Below the pieces are notes generated by a model. That model saw only the letters and a program-made list of their open reading frames with translations, was not told the origin of the DNA and ran no database searches. Shown in pieces: positions 44,807 through 52,792 of a DNA stretch of 52,792 nucleotides. This DNA is from Candidatus Hydrogenedentota bacterium (GTDB taxonomy: Bacteria > Hydrogenedentota > Hydrogenedentia > Hydrogenedentales > JAEUWI01). The stretch lies in NCBI GenBank assembly GCA_046047315.1, contig JBJOID010000178.1, positions 1-52,792 of the forward strand, read 5' to 3'. Positions within the stretch are counted from its first letter, which is position 1. The number at the start of each line of letters is the position of its first letter. Position numbers and translations under genes: made by a program.

Positions 44807-46249
44807 GTGACAACGACTACCGGAAAAGCGAAGATCGGCGAGCTGCTGGTGGCCGACGGCCTGCTGAGCGAGAAGCAGCTGGAGGATGCGCTGGATATCC
44901 AGTCCAAGCGTGGCGGACGCCTCGTTGAGATATGCATAGCCGAGGGTTTTTTCGACGCGCCGCGCTTTCTCCGCTTTCTGGCCAACATGCGCACGACGGC
45001 CAGCATCGACCTGTTGAACTACGCGATTCCTCGCGAAGTGATCGAACTAATCCCCCCCCACTTCGCCACCAAGCACCAGCTGTTACCCATTGACAAGATG
45101 GGCAAACTTTTGACCGTCGGCATGGCCTGCCCCCTCGACACCGCCACCATCGGCGAGATCGAGACGATGACCGGCTGCCGGATCAAGCCCGTGCTGGTGG
45201 GTCTGAACGACGTGAAGGTGGCCATCGAGCGGTATTACGGCAAGGCCGATGTGAGTTTTGACCACATTCACTCAAAGGCCGAGCAGCAGCAACCGGGGGT
45301 GGCGTTCAGTGGACTGATGAAGCCCGCGGAATCCGTCGCGGACGCTGCAGTGGAAAAGACGGTTGAACCGCCTGTGCCGGTGCTGGAGAAAGCCGAGAGC
45401 GGGATCCGGATGGAAGGCGTGATACAACTGGTGCGCCGGCTGCACAGCCTGCCCGCGCTTCCGGAGACGGTGGCCAAAGTGCGCGCCCTCGCTCAGGACC
45501 CGAACGCGGACGCCCGTGCCGTGGAGCACGCCATCGAAACCGACCCAGCCGTGGTGGCCAAGGTCATCAGCCTGGCAAACTCCTCTTCGATGGGCTTCAA
45601 GCACGAGGTGGACACCCTGGCCGCGGCCACGCGATTGCTGGGCATTCGGGACATTTACAACCTCGTCTTCTCGGCGGCCGTGGTCGATTACTTCCAAGCC
45701 TCGCGCTATTTTGATTACCGCCGCTTCTGGCGGCACAGCCGCTTTTGCGCCACGGGCGCGCGAGTGATTGCTCTCGAGACGAAGGTGGGCGACCCCGGGG
45801 TGCTGTTTGTTGCGGGCCTCTTGCATGGCTTGGGCCGAATCGCCCTCGCCGAGATTGTCCCAGAGCGCTATCGCGAGGTGGATCAGGACGCCCCGGTGGA
45901 CCGTATCCTCAAGCAGGAGGACGCGCTGTTCGGCATTGCCCACCCCGAAGTGGGCTATATGCTCGCCGACATTTGGGATTTGCCAGAGGACATCTCGATG
46001 CCCATCCGCTACCACCGGCAACTGGACCGGGCCACGGAGTACCGCGAATTCAGCGCGGTGGTTGGCTTGAGCGCCATCATGACCGACGCCTACGGCAAGG
46101 TCACCAAGGACAACGTGCGGGAATTAGCGGCCAGTTGCCGGGAAGCGATGAGCATTCTCGGCATGCCGGAGACAAGTTTCATCAAGGTGCTGGCCGAGAC
46201 CGGCAAGCTGTTCAAACAGGGCGAGGCCGATTTGGGCCTGACCGCCTGA
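44807..46249 (+). CDS. T2SSE_N (MshEN-type c-di-GMP-binding) domain fused to an HDOD domain
   Basis: Tandem 24-residue motifs KIGELLVADGLLSEKQLEDALDIQ and RLVEICIAEGFFDAPRFLRFLANM, separated by the 5-residue spacer SKRGG. HDOD pattern LPALPETVAKVRAL ... IETDPAVVAKVISLANSS ... LLGIRDI. GTG start. Confidence 0.85.
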   Translation: MTTTTGKAKIGELLVADGLLSEKQLEDALDIQSKRGGRLVEICIAEGFFDAPRFLRFLANMRTTASIDLLNYAIPREVIELIPPHFATKHQLLPIDKMGKLLTVGMACPLDTATIGEIETMTGCRIKPVLVGLNDVKVAIERYYGKADVSFDHIHSKAEQQQPGVAFSGLMKPAESVADAAVEKTVEPPVPVLEKAESGIRMEGVIQLVRRLHSLPALPETVAKVRALAQDPNADARAVEHAIETDPAVVAKVISLANSSSMGFKHEVDTLAAATRLLGIRDIYNLVFSAAVVDYFQASRYFDYRRFWRHSRFCATGARVIALETKVGDPGVLFVAGLLHGLGRIALAEIVPERYREVDQDAPVDRILKQEDALFGIAHPEVGYMLADIWDLPEDISMPIRYHRQLDRATEYREFSAVVGLSAIMTDAYGKVTKDNVRELAASCREAMSILGMPETSFIKVLAETGKLFKQGEADLGLTA

Positions 46250-46263
46250 CGGAGAATTAATCC

Positions 46264-47151
46264 ATGCTCAAGCGACTCACCCTTTTTCTGGCTGGCCTGC
46301 TGCTGGCAGTTCCCGTTGCAATCGCCGAGGAGACGGCGGCCCCCCGGGTGCTCTTTCTCTGCAAGTCCTCCGGTTTCCAGCACAGCGTGATCGCGCGCCT
46401 CGATGACGCTCCATCGTTGGCTGAGACGGTGATGACCAAGGTCGTCGAAGGAATAGGCGGCACCGTCCAGAACACCAAGGACGCGAAGCTGATCAACGCG
46501 GAGAACCTGAAGAACTATGACGTGGTGGTCTTTTACACGACGGGAGACTTGACCGAGCCGGGATTCGACCGGATGCTTCCCATGGCGAAGGAAGGGCCCC
46601 AGGAGCTGCTTGACTGGATCAAGGCGGGCGGCGGTTTTGTGGGATTCCACTGCGCGACGGACACGTTCCATGGCGAGGGCGACACGGTCACGCCTTACAT
46701 CGAAATGATCGGCGGCGAGTTTGCCGGGCACGGTCCGCAGTTCTTCGGCGAGTTCACCGTGGTCAGCCCCTCGCACCCGACGATGGCGCCCTTCAAGTCC
46801 CCCTACCGGGTCAACGACGAGTGGTACTTCTTCAAGAACCTGAACACCGAAAACATCCATGTGCTGGCCCTATTGGATGCAACCTACGCGTATAAGAAAA
46901 TGAAGGGCAAGGGCGACGCCGCCTATGCCAAGCCCTATCCGATTGCATGGTGCCGGGCCTATGGCGATGGACGGGTGTTCTATAACGCCATGGGGCACCG
47001 CGAGGATGTCTGGGAATCCGAGGTCTTCCAGCAGTCGATCGCCAGCGCAGTGCGCTGGGCGCGCGGTGAAGGCGAACTCAACGCCGAACCGAACTACGCG
47101 GAAGTGATGGCCGGCATCGAGAGCCCGGCGGAAGAAGCGCCCGCGGAGTAA
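46264..47151 (+). CDS. ThuA-domain (trehalose-utilisation-like) protein, exported
   Basis: Signal peptide MLKRLTLFLAGLLLAVPVAIA. Motifs VLFLCKSSGFQH, GGGFVGFHCATDTF, DEWYFF. Confidence 0.82.
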   Translation: MLKRLTLFLAGLLLAVPVAIAEETAAPRVLFLCKSSGFQHSVIARLDDAPSLAETVMTKVVEGIGGTVQNTKDAKLINAENLKNYDVVVFYTTGDLTEPGFDRMLPMAKEGPQELLDWIKAGGGFVGFHCATDTFHGEGDTVTPYIEMIGGEFAGHGPQFFGEFTVVSPSHPTMAPFKSPYRVNDEWYFFKNLNTENIHVLALLDATYAYKKMKGKGDAAYAKPYPIAWCRAYGDGRVFYNAMGHREDVWESEVFQQSIASAVRWARGEGELNAEPNYAEVMAGIESPAEEAPAE

Positions 47152-47160
47152 TCGGCCGCT

Positions 47161-48009
47161 TTATTCGTCTTTCCCCGTAATGCTTGCTTGCAGTTCCCAC
47201 GCCAGCAGGGCCGCCTTTCGAGGCGCGCCCCAGCGGTAGTTACCAAGTATTCCCTCTTCCCGGATGACGCGGTGGCAGGGTATGAGCCAGGCGATCGGGT
47301 TTGCCCCGACTGCTCCCCCCACCGCCCTTGAGGCGCGCGGGGCGCCAATGGCCTCGGCGATCCGGCCATAGGTGATGACTTGGCCATGCGGCACACGCAG
47401 CAGCGCCTCCCATACCTTGACCTGAAAATTGGTGCCGCGCACCAAGAGGGGCAGCGCCATTTGTCGCGCGCCGGGCGGTAGAAAGAGTTGGCCCGCCAGT
47501 TCGCCGGTGGACTCTGTATCTTCCATCAGCTCCGCATGGGGCCACGCGGAGCGAAGCGCGCGCACTTCCTGTTCCGCGTTTTTCGCCTCAATGAACCTGA
47601 GATGGCAGACGCCCCTGGTGGTCGATGCGATAAATGCCGGGCCAAAACGCGTCTCATGCACCCCATGGCGTATCAATAGCCCCTCACCGCCCCGCAGCAT
47701 CTCCCCGGGCATCATCGCATCCAAGGTCACGAACAGATCATAAACCCGAGACTGTCCTGAGAATCCGGCGCGATCTGCCGCTTCGTCGATCGAAGCCGAC
47801 TCCTTCAAGAGATTCCTTAGGTGTTGGCGCGCGAGTATCGCAGAGAAACGCGCGGGGCTGATGCCAACCCATGCGCTGAAGGCCCGCTGGAAATGAAAGC
47901 TGCTCAAGCCCGCATGCGCGGCGGCCTCATCGAGCGCAGGCTTTGCGGGCGCCTGTTCCAGCAGGAAACGAATGGCTTTTTCCATCGTGTCGTAGTTTGA
48001 CCCTTGCAT
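47161..48009 (-). CDS. AraC-type HTH fused to methylated-DNA-protein-cysteine methyltransferase (Ada/Ogt-like)
   Basis: AraC HTH (AAHAGLSSFHFQRAFSAWVGISPARF). MGMT active site IPCHRV, preceded by TYGRIAEAIGAPRASRAVGGA. Start at 48009 (MQGSNYD). The track ORF extends 163 codons further upstream. Confidence 0.88.
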   Translation of the reverse strand: MQGSNYDTMEKAIRFLLEQAPAKPALDEAAAHAGLSSFHFQRAFSAWVGISPARFSAILARQHLRNLLKESASIDEAADRAGFSGQSRVYDLFVTLDAMMPGEMLRGGEGLLIRHGVHETRFGPAFIASTTRGVCHLRFIEAKNAEQEVRALRSAWPHAELMEDTESTGELAGQLFLPPGARQMALPLLVRGTNFQVKVWEALLRVPHGQVITYGRIAEAIGAPRASRAVGGAVGANPIAWLIPCHRVIREEGILGNYRWGAPRKAALLAWELQASITGKDE

Positions 48010-48175
48010 GCGGTGGCTCCTGAATCGATGTGCCGATGTTGACGTGCACGCCCTGCTGGTCGCAACCTGAATCTTGCGCAGCGAACCACAACCGCAAAAC
48101 CTGCGCTTGCCGAATCCCGTGCTTCGCGCTAGACTGGCTGCGCGAAGCATATGGGCATGTGGGCAGGAGAGGGGC

Positions 48176-50191
48176 ATGTTGATAGCGCTGACCAAACCAA
48201 GATGCTGGCTCTGGGGCATCGCGATGGCGGTTTCGCTGCTGCCATGGCACGGACATGCGGACGAAACCGCGCAAAAAGAAATCGATTCACTGCTCGAACT
48301 CGACATCGAAGAATTGATGCAGATTGAGGTGAGCACGGTCTCGCGGAAGAAGGAACCCAAGCAGCAGACCCCGGCGGCCGTCACGGTGCTCACGCAGGAG
48401 GACATTCGCCGCTCGGGCGCTACCTCCGTGCCGGAGGCGCTGCGACTGGTGCCCGGCTTGGCCGTTGCCCAGCTGGATGCCAATAAATGGTCCGTCACAG
48501 CGCGGGGCTTTGGCGGACGCTATGCGAACAAGCTTCTGGTGCTGGTTAATGGCGTAAGCACATACAGTCCACTGTTCTCGGGAACCTTCTGGGAAATCGA
48601 GAACATCCTCATTGAGAATGTTGACCGGATCGAAGTCGTGCGAGGACCAGGCGGCGCGGCTTGGGGTGCGAATGCGGTCAACGGCGTGGTGAACATCATC
48701 ACGAAAAGCGCCAAGGACACGCCGGGTGGACTGCTGCGCATTGGCGTGGGTACGGAAAAACGTGCGCAGATTGGACTGCGGTATGGCGAGGAAATCAACG
48801 AAGACCTGCACCTTCGAGTTTCCACGCAGTACCGCAACATGGACAACTACGAACTGGAGACTGGGGAGGAAGCCAAGGACCGCCACACCTTGGGCGGACT
48901 TCAGCTTCGTCTGGACTGGACGCCCAGCACCGGCGATGAGTTGACCTTCTCAGCCAAGGGAGCCTCGGCGAGTGTGCACGAGACCTATCTCCTGGTCCAG
49001 CCGCTGCCCCCCTATCAATCACGCTACAACGACAACAACTACGTGAACCATGGCAACCTGATGCTCCGGTGGCGTCGCACTTTCGACGAGGGGGACGACT
49101 TTCAGATTCGCGCTTATTACGACTATTGGCGGAACGGCTCCGTGATTATCGACGACCGCAGGCAGGTGATCGATATCGAGGTGCAGCGGCGCCAAACGCT
49201 TGGCGCGGACAATGAGCTTGTTTACGGTGGCGGCGTGCGGCACGTGTGGGACGAGGTGCAGGCACGCTATGCGCATTTTCATCCCGAGCATAACAATGAG
49301 ACGACCTACAGTGCCTTCGCGAACCTGAGCATCCCTGTGCTGGACGACCGGCTGAAGCTGATTGCTGGCACTCGACTCGAGCACAATGACTACACTGGCT
49401 TCGAGATTGAACCCATGGCGCGCCTGGTGTGGACGCCTGCTGAACGCCACACCCTTTGGGGTGCGGTGTCGCGTGCGGTGCGGGTGCCCGCGCGCGGAGA
49501 GACCGACATCTACATTCCCGCGCTGGCCGGCCCCGGCTTCCTTGCGGCGCTGAATGGCTATGAAGACTTGGATTCGGAATCCTTGATGGCCTACGAAACG
49601 GGTTATCGCTTTGTACAAAGCAACAACGTCAGCCTCGAAGCCAACGTCTTTTTCAACGACTACGACAAGCTGCGCAGCATCGAGCTGATGTTCCCGCGCC
49701 CCTTACTGTGGAAGGGATTGCCCACCCTGCTCTTCCCTCTGGAGGCACGCAACAATCTTGAGGGAACCACCATCGGAGGAACCCTTGCGTTAGACTGGCG
49801 CCTGCACCCCTGGTGGCGGATGCGGGCATCTTATGCCTATATAGACGCCGACCTGCGCTTCACACGGCCGGTGATCGACTTCATATCCGGGGCGGCCGAG
49901 GGCGACGTGCCCCGCACCACGGTCACCCTCTGGAACAGCTTCGAACTTTCCAAGCGCACCAGCCTCGATGTGCTGACGCAATACGTGGGCAGGCTCAGCA
50001 CCCTGGACGTTCCTGACTATGTAGACCTGGATGTGCGCCTGGCGTGGCGTCCCAACGATTCCATGGAACTGGCCTTGATTGGGCAGAATCTCCTTGAACC
50101 AGAGCGCCTTGAGTACCGCGCGTCGCTGGTGGACACCCTCCCCTCCGAAGCGCAACGCGGCGTTTACGCGGAGTGGTCATGGTCTTTCTAG
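48176..50191 (+). CDS. TonB-dependent outer-membrane receptor
   Basis: Plug-domain motifs (VTVLTQEDIRRSGATSVPEALRLVPG, IEVVRGPGGAAWGANAVNGVVNIITK). Long beta-barrel with terminal aromatic residue (WSWSF). AGGAGAGGGG RBS before the ATG at 48176. Confidence 0.9.
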   Translation: MLIALTKPRCWLWGIAMAVSLLPWHGHADETAQKEIDSLLELDIEELMQIEVSTVSRKKEPKQQTPAAVTVLTQEDIRRSGATSVPEALRLVPGLAVAQLDANKWSVTARGFGGRYANKLLVLVNGVSTYSPLFSGTFWEIENILIENVDRIEVVRGPGGAAWGANAVNGVVNIITKSAKDTPGGLLRIGVGTEKRAQIGLRYGEEINEDLHLRVSTQYRNMDNYELETGEEAKDRHTLGGLQLRLDWTPSTGDELTFSAKGASASVHETYLLVQPLPPYQSRYNDNNYVNHGNLMLRWRRTFDEGDDFQIRAYYDYWRNGSVIIDDRRQVIDIEVQRRQTLGADNELVYGGGVRHVWDEVQARYAHFHPEHNNETTYSAFANLSIPVLDDRLKLIAGTRLEHNDYTGFEIEPMARLVWTPAERHTLWGAVSRAVRVPARGETDIYIPALAGPGFLAALNGYEDLDSESLMAYETGYRFVQSNNVSLEANVFFNDYDKLRSIELMFPRPLLWKGLPTLLFPLEARNNLEGTTIGGTLALDWRLHPWWRMRASYAYIDADLRFTRPVIDFISGAAEGDVPRTTVTLWNSFELSKRTSLDVLTQYVGRLSTLDVPDYVDLDVRLAWRPNDSMELALIGQNLLEPERLEYRASLVDTLPSEAQRGVYAEWSWSF

Positions 50192-50835
50192 GCAGTTTAC
50201 GGAAACTCTCGGCGCGTAGCCCCGTCTCACGCGGGGAGTTCATCGCGGTCCTTGTCGCATGCCTGCTTACCGGTCCCCTCGCCGCCGGCGCGAATGAGCC
50301 CGCGTCGGCCGTGCGCGAGTACGACCTGAAAGCCGCGCTGGTGGTAAAGCTCTCTTCATTCATCTCATGGGAGGAAGCGAAGCCTAAGGAAGGCGAGTCG
50401 CCTGATCGGGAAGGCGAGTTGAAGCACAGCTCCGATGCCTCATCGGAGGATAAGGCGCGTGTCTTTAGCATCGCCGTACTCGGTGACGATCCCTTCGGCC
50501 CGGTGCTTGACCGCCTTGCCGGACAAGCCGGCGGCGGGAAGCAGTCCATTACGGTGCGCAGAATCTCCCAAGTAAGCGAGATAGCGAATGGAGAGCTGGT
50601 TTTTGTCTCCAGTTCGATGGCGGCATCACTGCCCGAGGTGGAGCGTCAGGCGGAAGCCAGCCACGCGCTGACCATCTCAGACATCAAGGATTTCGCCCGT
50701 ACGGGCGGCATGGTGGAATTGGCGCAGGACAACAACCGCGTGTCGCTGATCATCAACGCGAAGAAAGCCGACGCGGCGGGAATTCTCATCAGTTCCAAAC
50801 TGCTGAGCCTCGCCGAAGTGGTTAACGACGGTTAA
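50179..50835 (+). CDS. YfiR-family (DUF4154) periplasmic protein
   Basis: Motifs [74 protein letters not shown]. Overlaps the TonB receptor stop (alternative GTG at 50173). Confidence 0.82.
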   Translation: MVFLGSLRKLSARSPVSRGEFIAVLVACLLTGPLAAGANEPASAVREYDLKAALVVKLSSFISWEEAKPKEGESPDREGELKHSSDASSEDKARVFSIAVLGDDPFGPVLDRLAGQAGGGKQSITVRRISQVSEIANGELVFVSSSMAASLPEVERQAEASHALTISDIKDFARTGGMVELAQDNNRVSLIINAKKADAAGILISSKLLSLAEVVNDG

Positions 50836-50840
50836 GACCC

Positions 50841-52792
50841 ATGCGGAAGCCGAACTTCGATAAACTGTCCATACGGAGGAAGCTTTCACTGCTGGTGGGG
50901 ATCTGCCTGCTGGCGGGCCTGAGCGTGGCGGCAATCATCGCCGGAAGCTACTACATCTACGATCAGCACTCGAATTGGCTGCAACACATCCAGGACTCGA
51001 CCAACCTGCTCTCCAAGGTGGCCACTGCCGCCGTGTACTTCAACGACACCGACGCTGCGCAGGAGTATCTGGACGCCATTTGCGATGATCAGGATATTCT
51101 GCGGGGAGCCATTTGGAGCGGCGAGGGGGAGCTGCTCGCGGCATCGGGCAGCATTGGGGTCATGCCGGAACTCGATCGCCAGGAAATCTCTGAAACTAAA
51201 TTGACGTGGAGCTTTGGCCAGATTGACGTCTGGAGTCCCGTGCTGCTCGAAGGGGAAAATATCGGCACGGTGTTTCTGAGCAGCAGTAACCGACGCTTTT
51301 ATCAGGCCCTGTTGACTAATCTGCTGGCGCTGGTGGCGGCGACGGTTGCCGCTGCCACGGCTGGTTTTTTCGCGCTCAACCGCCTGCACGGCCGGATTAC
51401 CCAACCCTTGCAAACCCTGGTGGACTCCGCGCGGATGGTCGGCCAGAAACGCGATTATTCGATTCGCGCCTACAAGTGGGCGGACGACGACATTGGCGAC
51501 GTGGTGGACGAGTTTAACCGGATGCTGGGCGTGATCGAGTCACGCGACCGGGAACTGGAAGATGCGCGGAGGAACCTGGAGGCGCGCGTGCAGGAACGCA
51601 CACGCGAGCTTGAGGAAGCGCGAGACGCCGCGCTGGCCGCCGTTCGCGCCAAGGACGAGTTTATGGCGAACATGAGCCATGAAATTCGCACGCCAATGAA
51701 CGGCATCATTGGCATGACGACGCTATTGCTGGAGACTTCGCTCGACGATGAGCAGCTCGACTTTGCCCGAACAATTGAGGAATGTTCCAACGCGCTGCTG
51801 CTGATCATCAACGATATTCTGGACTTCTCAAAGATCCAGTCCGGCAACATCGAGATCGAACATGTGGATTTTGATCCGCGCGCGCTGGTGGAGGGCGTGG
51901 CGCACATGTTCGCCCCCAAGGCCACCCGGCAGCGGGTGGAAATCCTGGTGGCGGTGGAGCCTTCCGTGCCGGATCGGCTGCGCGGCGATCCCGGTCGTAT
52001 CCGTCAGGTGTTGATGAATCTCATCAGCAACGCGGTCAAGTTCACGCACCAGGGCGAGATTGTAGTCTCGGCGAGCGGCGCGCCGACTGGAGAAGGCGGG
52101 TGTGAACTGACGCTTTCGGTGAAGGACTCCGGCATCGGGATTTCGGAGGATAAGCTGCCGCGTATGTTCGAGCCCTTCACGCAGGAAGACGCGTCAACCA
52201 CCCGAAAATATGGCGGGACTGGGCTCGGCCTCGCCATATGCCGCCAGCTGGTGGAAATGATGGGCGGCGAGATCAACGCGGAGAGCGTCAAGGGAGAAGG
52301 GTCCCGGTTTACATTCAGCGTTCCGTTGAGGCGTTCCGAGGAGCAGCTGCCGCTGCCGGCAAGGGACGCGCTCGCGGGCAAGCGCTTGCTCGTGGTGGAC
52401 GACAATAAAACCAACCGGCACATTCTGCGCGCTTATGCGCAGGCCTGGGGTATAACGGTGGTCGAGGCTGCTTCTGGTTCAGAGGCGCTGCAACTGCTGG
52501 ATACAGGAGCTCCATCCCCCTTCCATGTGGTGGTCATCGACATGAACATGCCGGGAATGGACGGAGAGACCCTCGGGCGAAGCCTGTCATCTCGTACTGA
52601 ACTGCACGGGATGCGGCTGATTATGCTCACCTCGATGGGGCAACGCGGCGATGTGGACCGCCTGACCGAGGCGGGTTTCTCCGCTTACTTGCAGAAACCC
52701 GTGCGCCAGCAGCAACTGCGCGATTGCCTCGCGCTGGTCTTGTCCGCCGATAGGCACGGCGCCGGACGCAAGACTTTCGTGACGCGGCATCT
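50841..52792 (+). CDS. Hybrid sensor histidine kinase (periplasmic CHASE8-like sensor, HAMP, HisKA, HATPase_c, receiver), 3'-truncated by the window edge
   Basis: Absent from the ORF track because there is no stop in the window. My own translation from the ATG at 50841 is open to 52792. TM1 [18 protein letters not shown]. Second [20 protein letters not shown]-box [17 protein letters not shown]-box [12 protein letters not shown]-boxes DSGIGI and GGTGLGLAI. Receiver [11 protein letters not shown] ... [13 protein letters not shown]. Confidence 0.9.
   Translation, partial: MRKPNFDKLSIRRKLSLLVGICLLAGLSVAAIIAGSYYIYDQHSNWLQHIQDSTNLLSKVATAAVYFNDTDAAQEYLDAICDDQDILRGAIWSGEGELLAASGSIGVMPELDRQEISETKLTWSFGQIDVWSPVLLEGENIGTVFLSSSNRRFYQALLTNLLALVAATVAAATAGFFALNRLHGRITQPLQTLVDSARMVGQKRDYSIRAYKWADDDIGDVVDEFNRMLGVIESRDRELEDARRNLEARVQERTRELEEARDAALAAVRAKDEFMANMSHEIRTPMNGIIGMTTLLLETSLDDEQLDFARTIEECSNALLLIINDILDFSKIQSGNIEIEHVDFDPRALVEGVAHMFAPKATRQRVEILVAVEPSVPDRLRGDPGRIRQVLMNLISNAVKFTHQGEIVVSASGAPTGEGGCELTLSVKDSGIGISEDKLPRMFEPFTQEDASTTRKYGGTGLGLAICRQLVEMMGGEINAESVKGEGSRFTFSVPLRRSEEQLPLPARDALAGKRLLVVDDNKTNRHILRAYAQAWGITVVEAASGSEALQLLDTGAPSPFHVVVIDMNMPGMDGETLGRSLSSRTELHGMRLIMLTSMGQRGDVDRLTEAGFSAYLQKPVRQQQLRDCLALVLSADRHGAGRKTFVTRH

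Noticed and set aside
47161-48498. Long N-terminal extensions in the ORF track: 445 aa for the Ada-like gene, 258 aa for leuD, 1118 aa for mfd, 234 aa for the gene at 44077, 576 aa for the PQQ dehydrogenase, and 197 aa for the nucleotidyltransferase.
   Set aside because: The extensions are low-complexity, overlap neighbouring genes or promoters, and lack an RBS. Internal Met codons with GGAG-type RBSs coincide with the conserved N-termini of the families.
1-52792. CRISPR arrays, tRNA/rRNA genes, IS elements, integrases, prophage genes.
   Set aside because: I found no regularly spaced direct repeats, no cloverleaf-like or rRNA-like segments in the few intergenic gaps, and no transposase, integrase or phage-like ORFs. 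This is by-eye inspection only, so small RNAs could have been missed.

Overview
This is a high-GC bacterial chromosomal segment of 52.8 kb, densely coded, with about 46 protein genes. I recognised no rRNA, tRNA, CRISPR array, transposase or integrase. The gene content suggests an environmental Gram-negative organism, possibly of the PVC type; that placement is a guess from gene content alone. Supporting genes are a TonB-dependent receptor, DUF1080, ThuA, a PQQ sugar dehydrogenase and many envelope glycosylation genes.

Housekeeping genes: proB, leuC, leuD, tag, murB, mfd, a thiolase, an SDR and a CPA2 antiporter.

Accessory or unusual content interspersed among them:
1. A 2.1-kb AT-richer insert splits leuC from leuD. 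It carries a ParD-like gene, a DUF433/DUF5615 pair and a polytopic membrane protein.
2. A tightly coupled five-gene envelope-modification operon: ATP-grasp/HAD fusion, SAM methyltransferase, GT2, SGNH/TPR protein and a GT-C-like membrane protein.
3. A YgaV/BigR-like ArsR, YgaP-like rhodanese and CoA-disulfide-reductase-rhodanese sulfur-stress operon, with an apparently leaderless promoter.
4. Several proteins linked to c-di-GMP signalling: a degenerate GGDAF domain with an RHH-like tail, an MshEN-HDOD fusion, and a YfiR-like protein placed between a TonB receptor and a hybrid histidine kinase.
5. A secreted TPR protein with a CHAT-like domain that appears to lack the catalytic dyad.
6. A MarR, LplT-PlsC-Aas triple fusion and lysophospholipase-like operon.
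7. A Doc/AbrB toxin-antitoxin pair.
8. An AT-rich islet encoding one orphan secreted protein.
9. Two copies of a roughly 130-bp nested-palindrome repeat.

The hybrid kinase gene at the 3' edge is missing from the ORF track because it runs off the window. I found it by translating the sequence by hand.

All family calls rest on motifs read by eye. Start codons were refined by eye from RBS context. No GC values, searches or RNA folds were computed.
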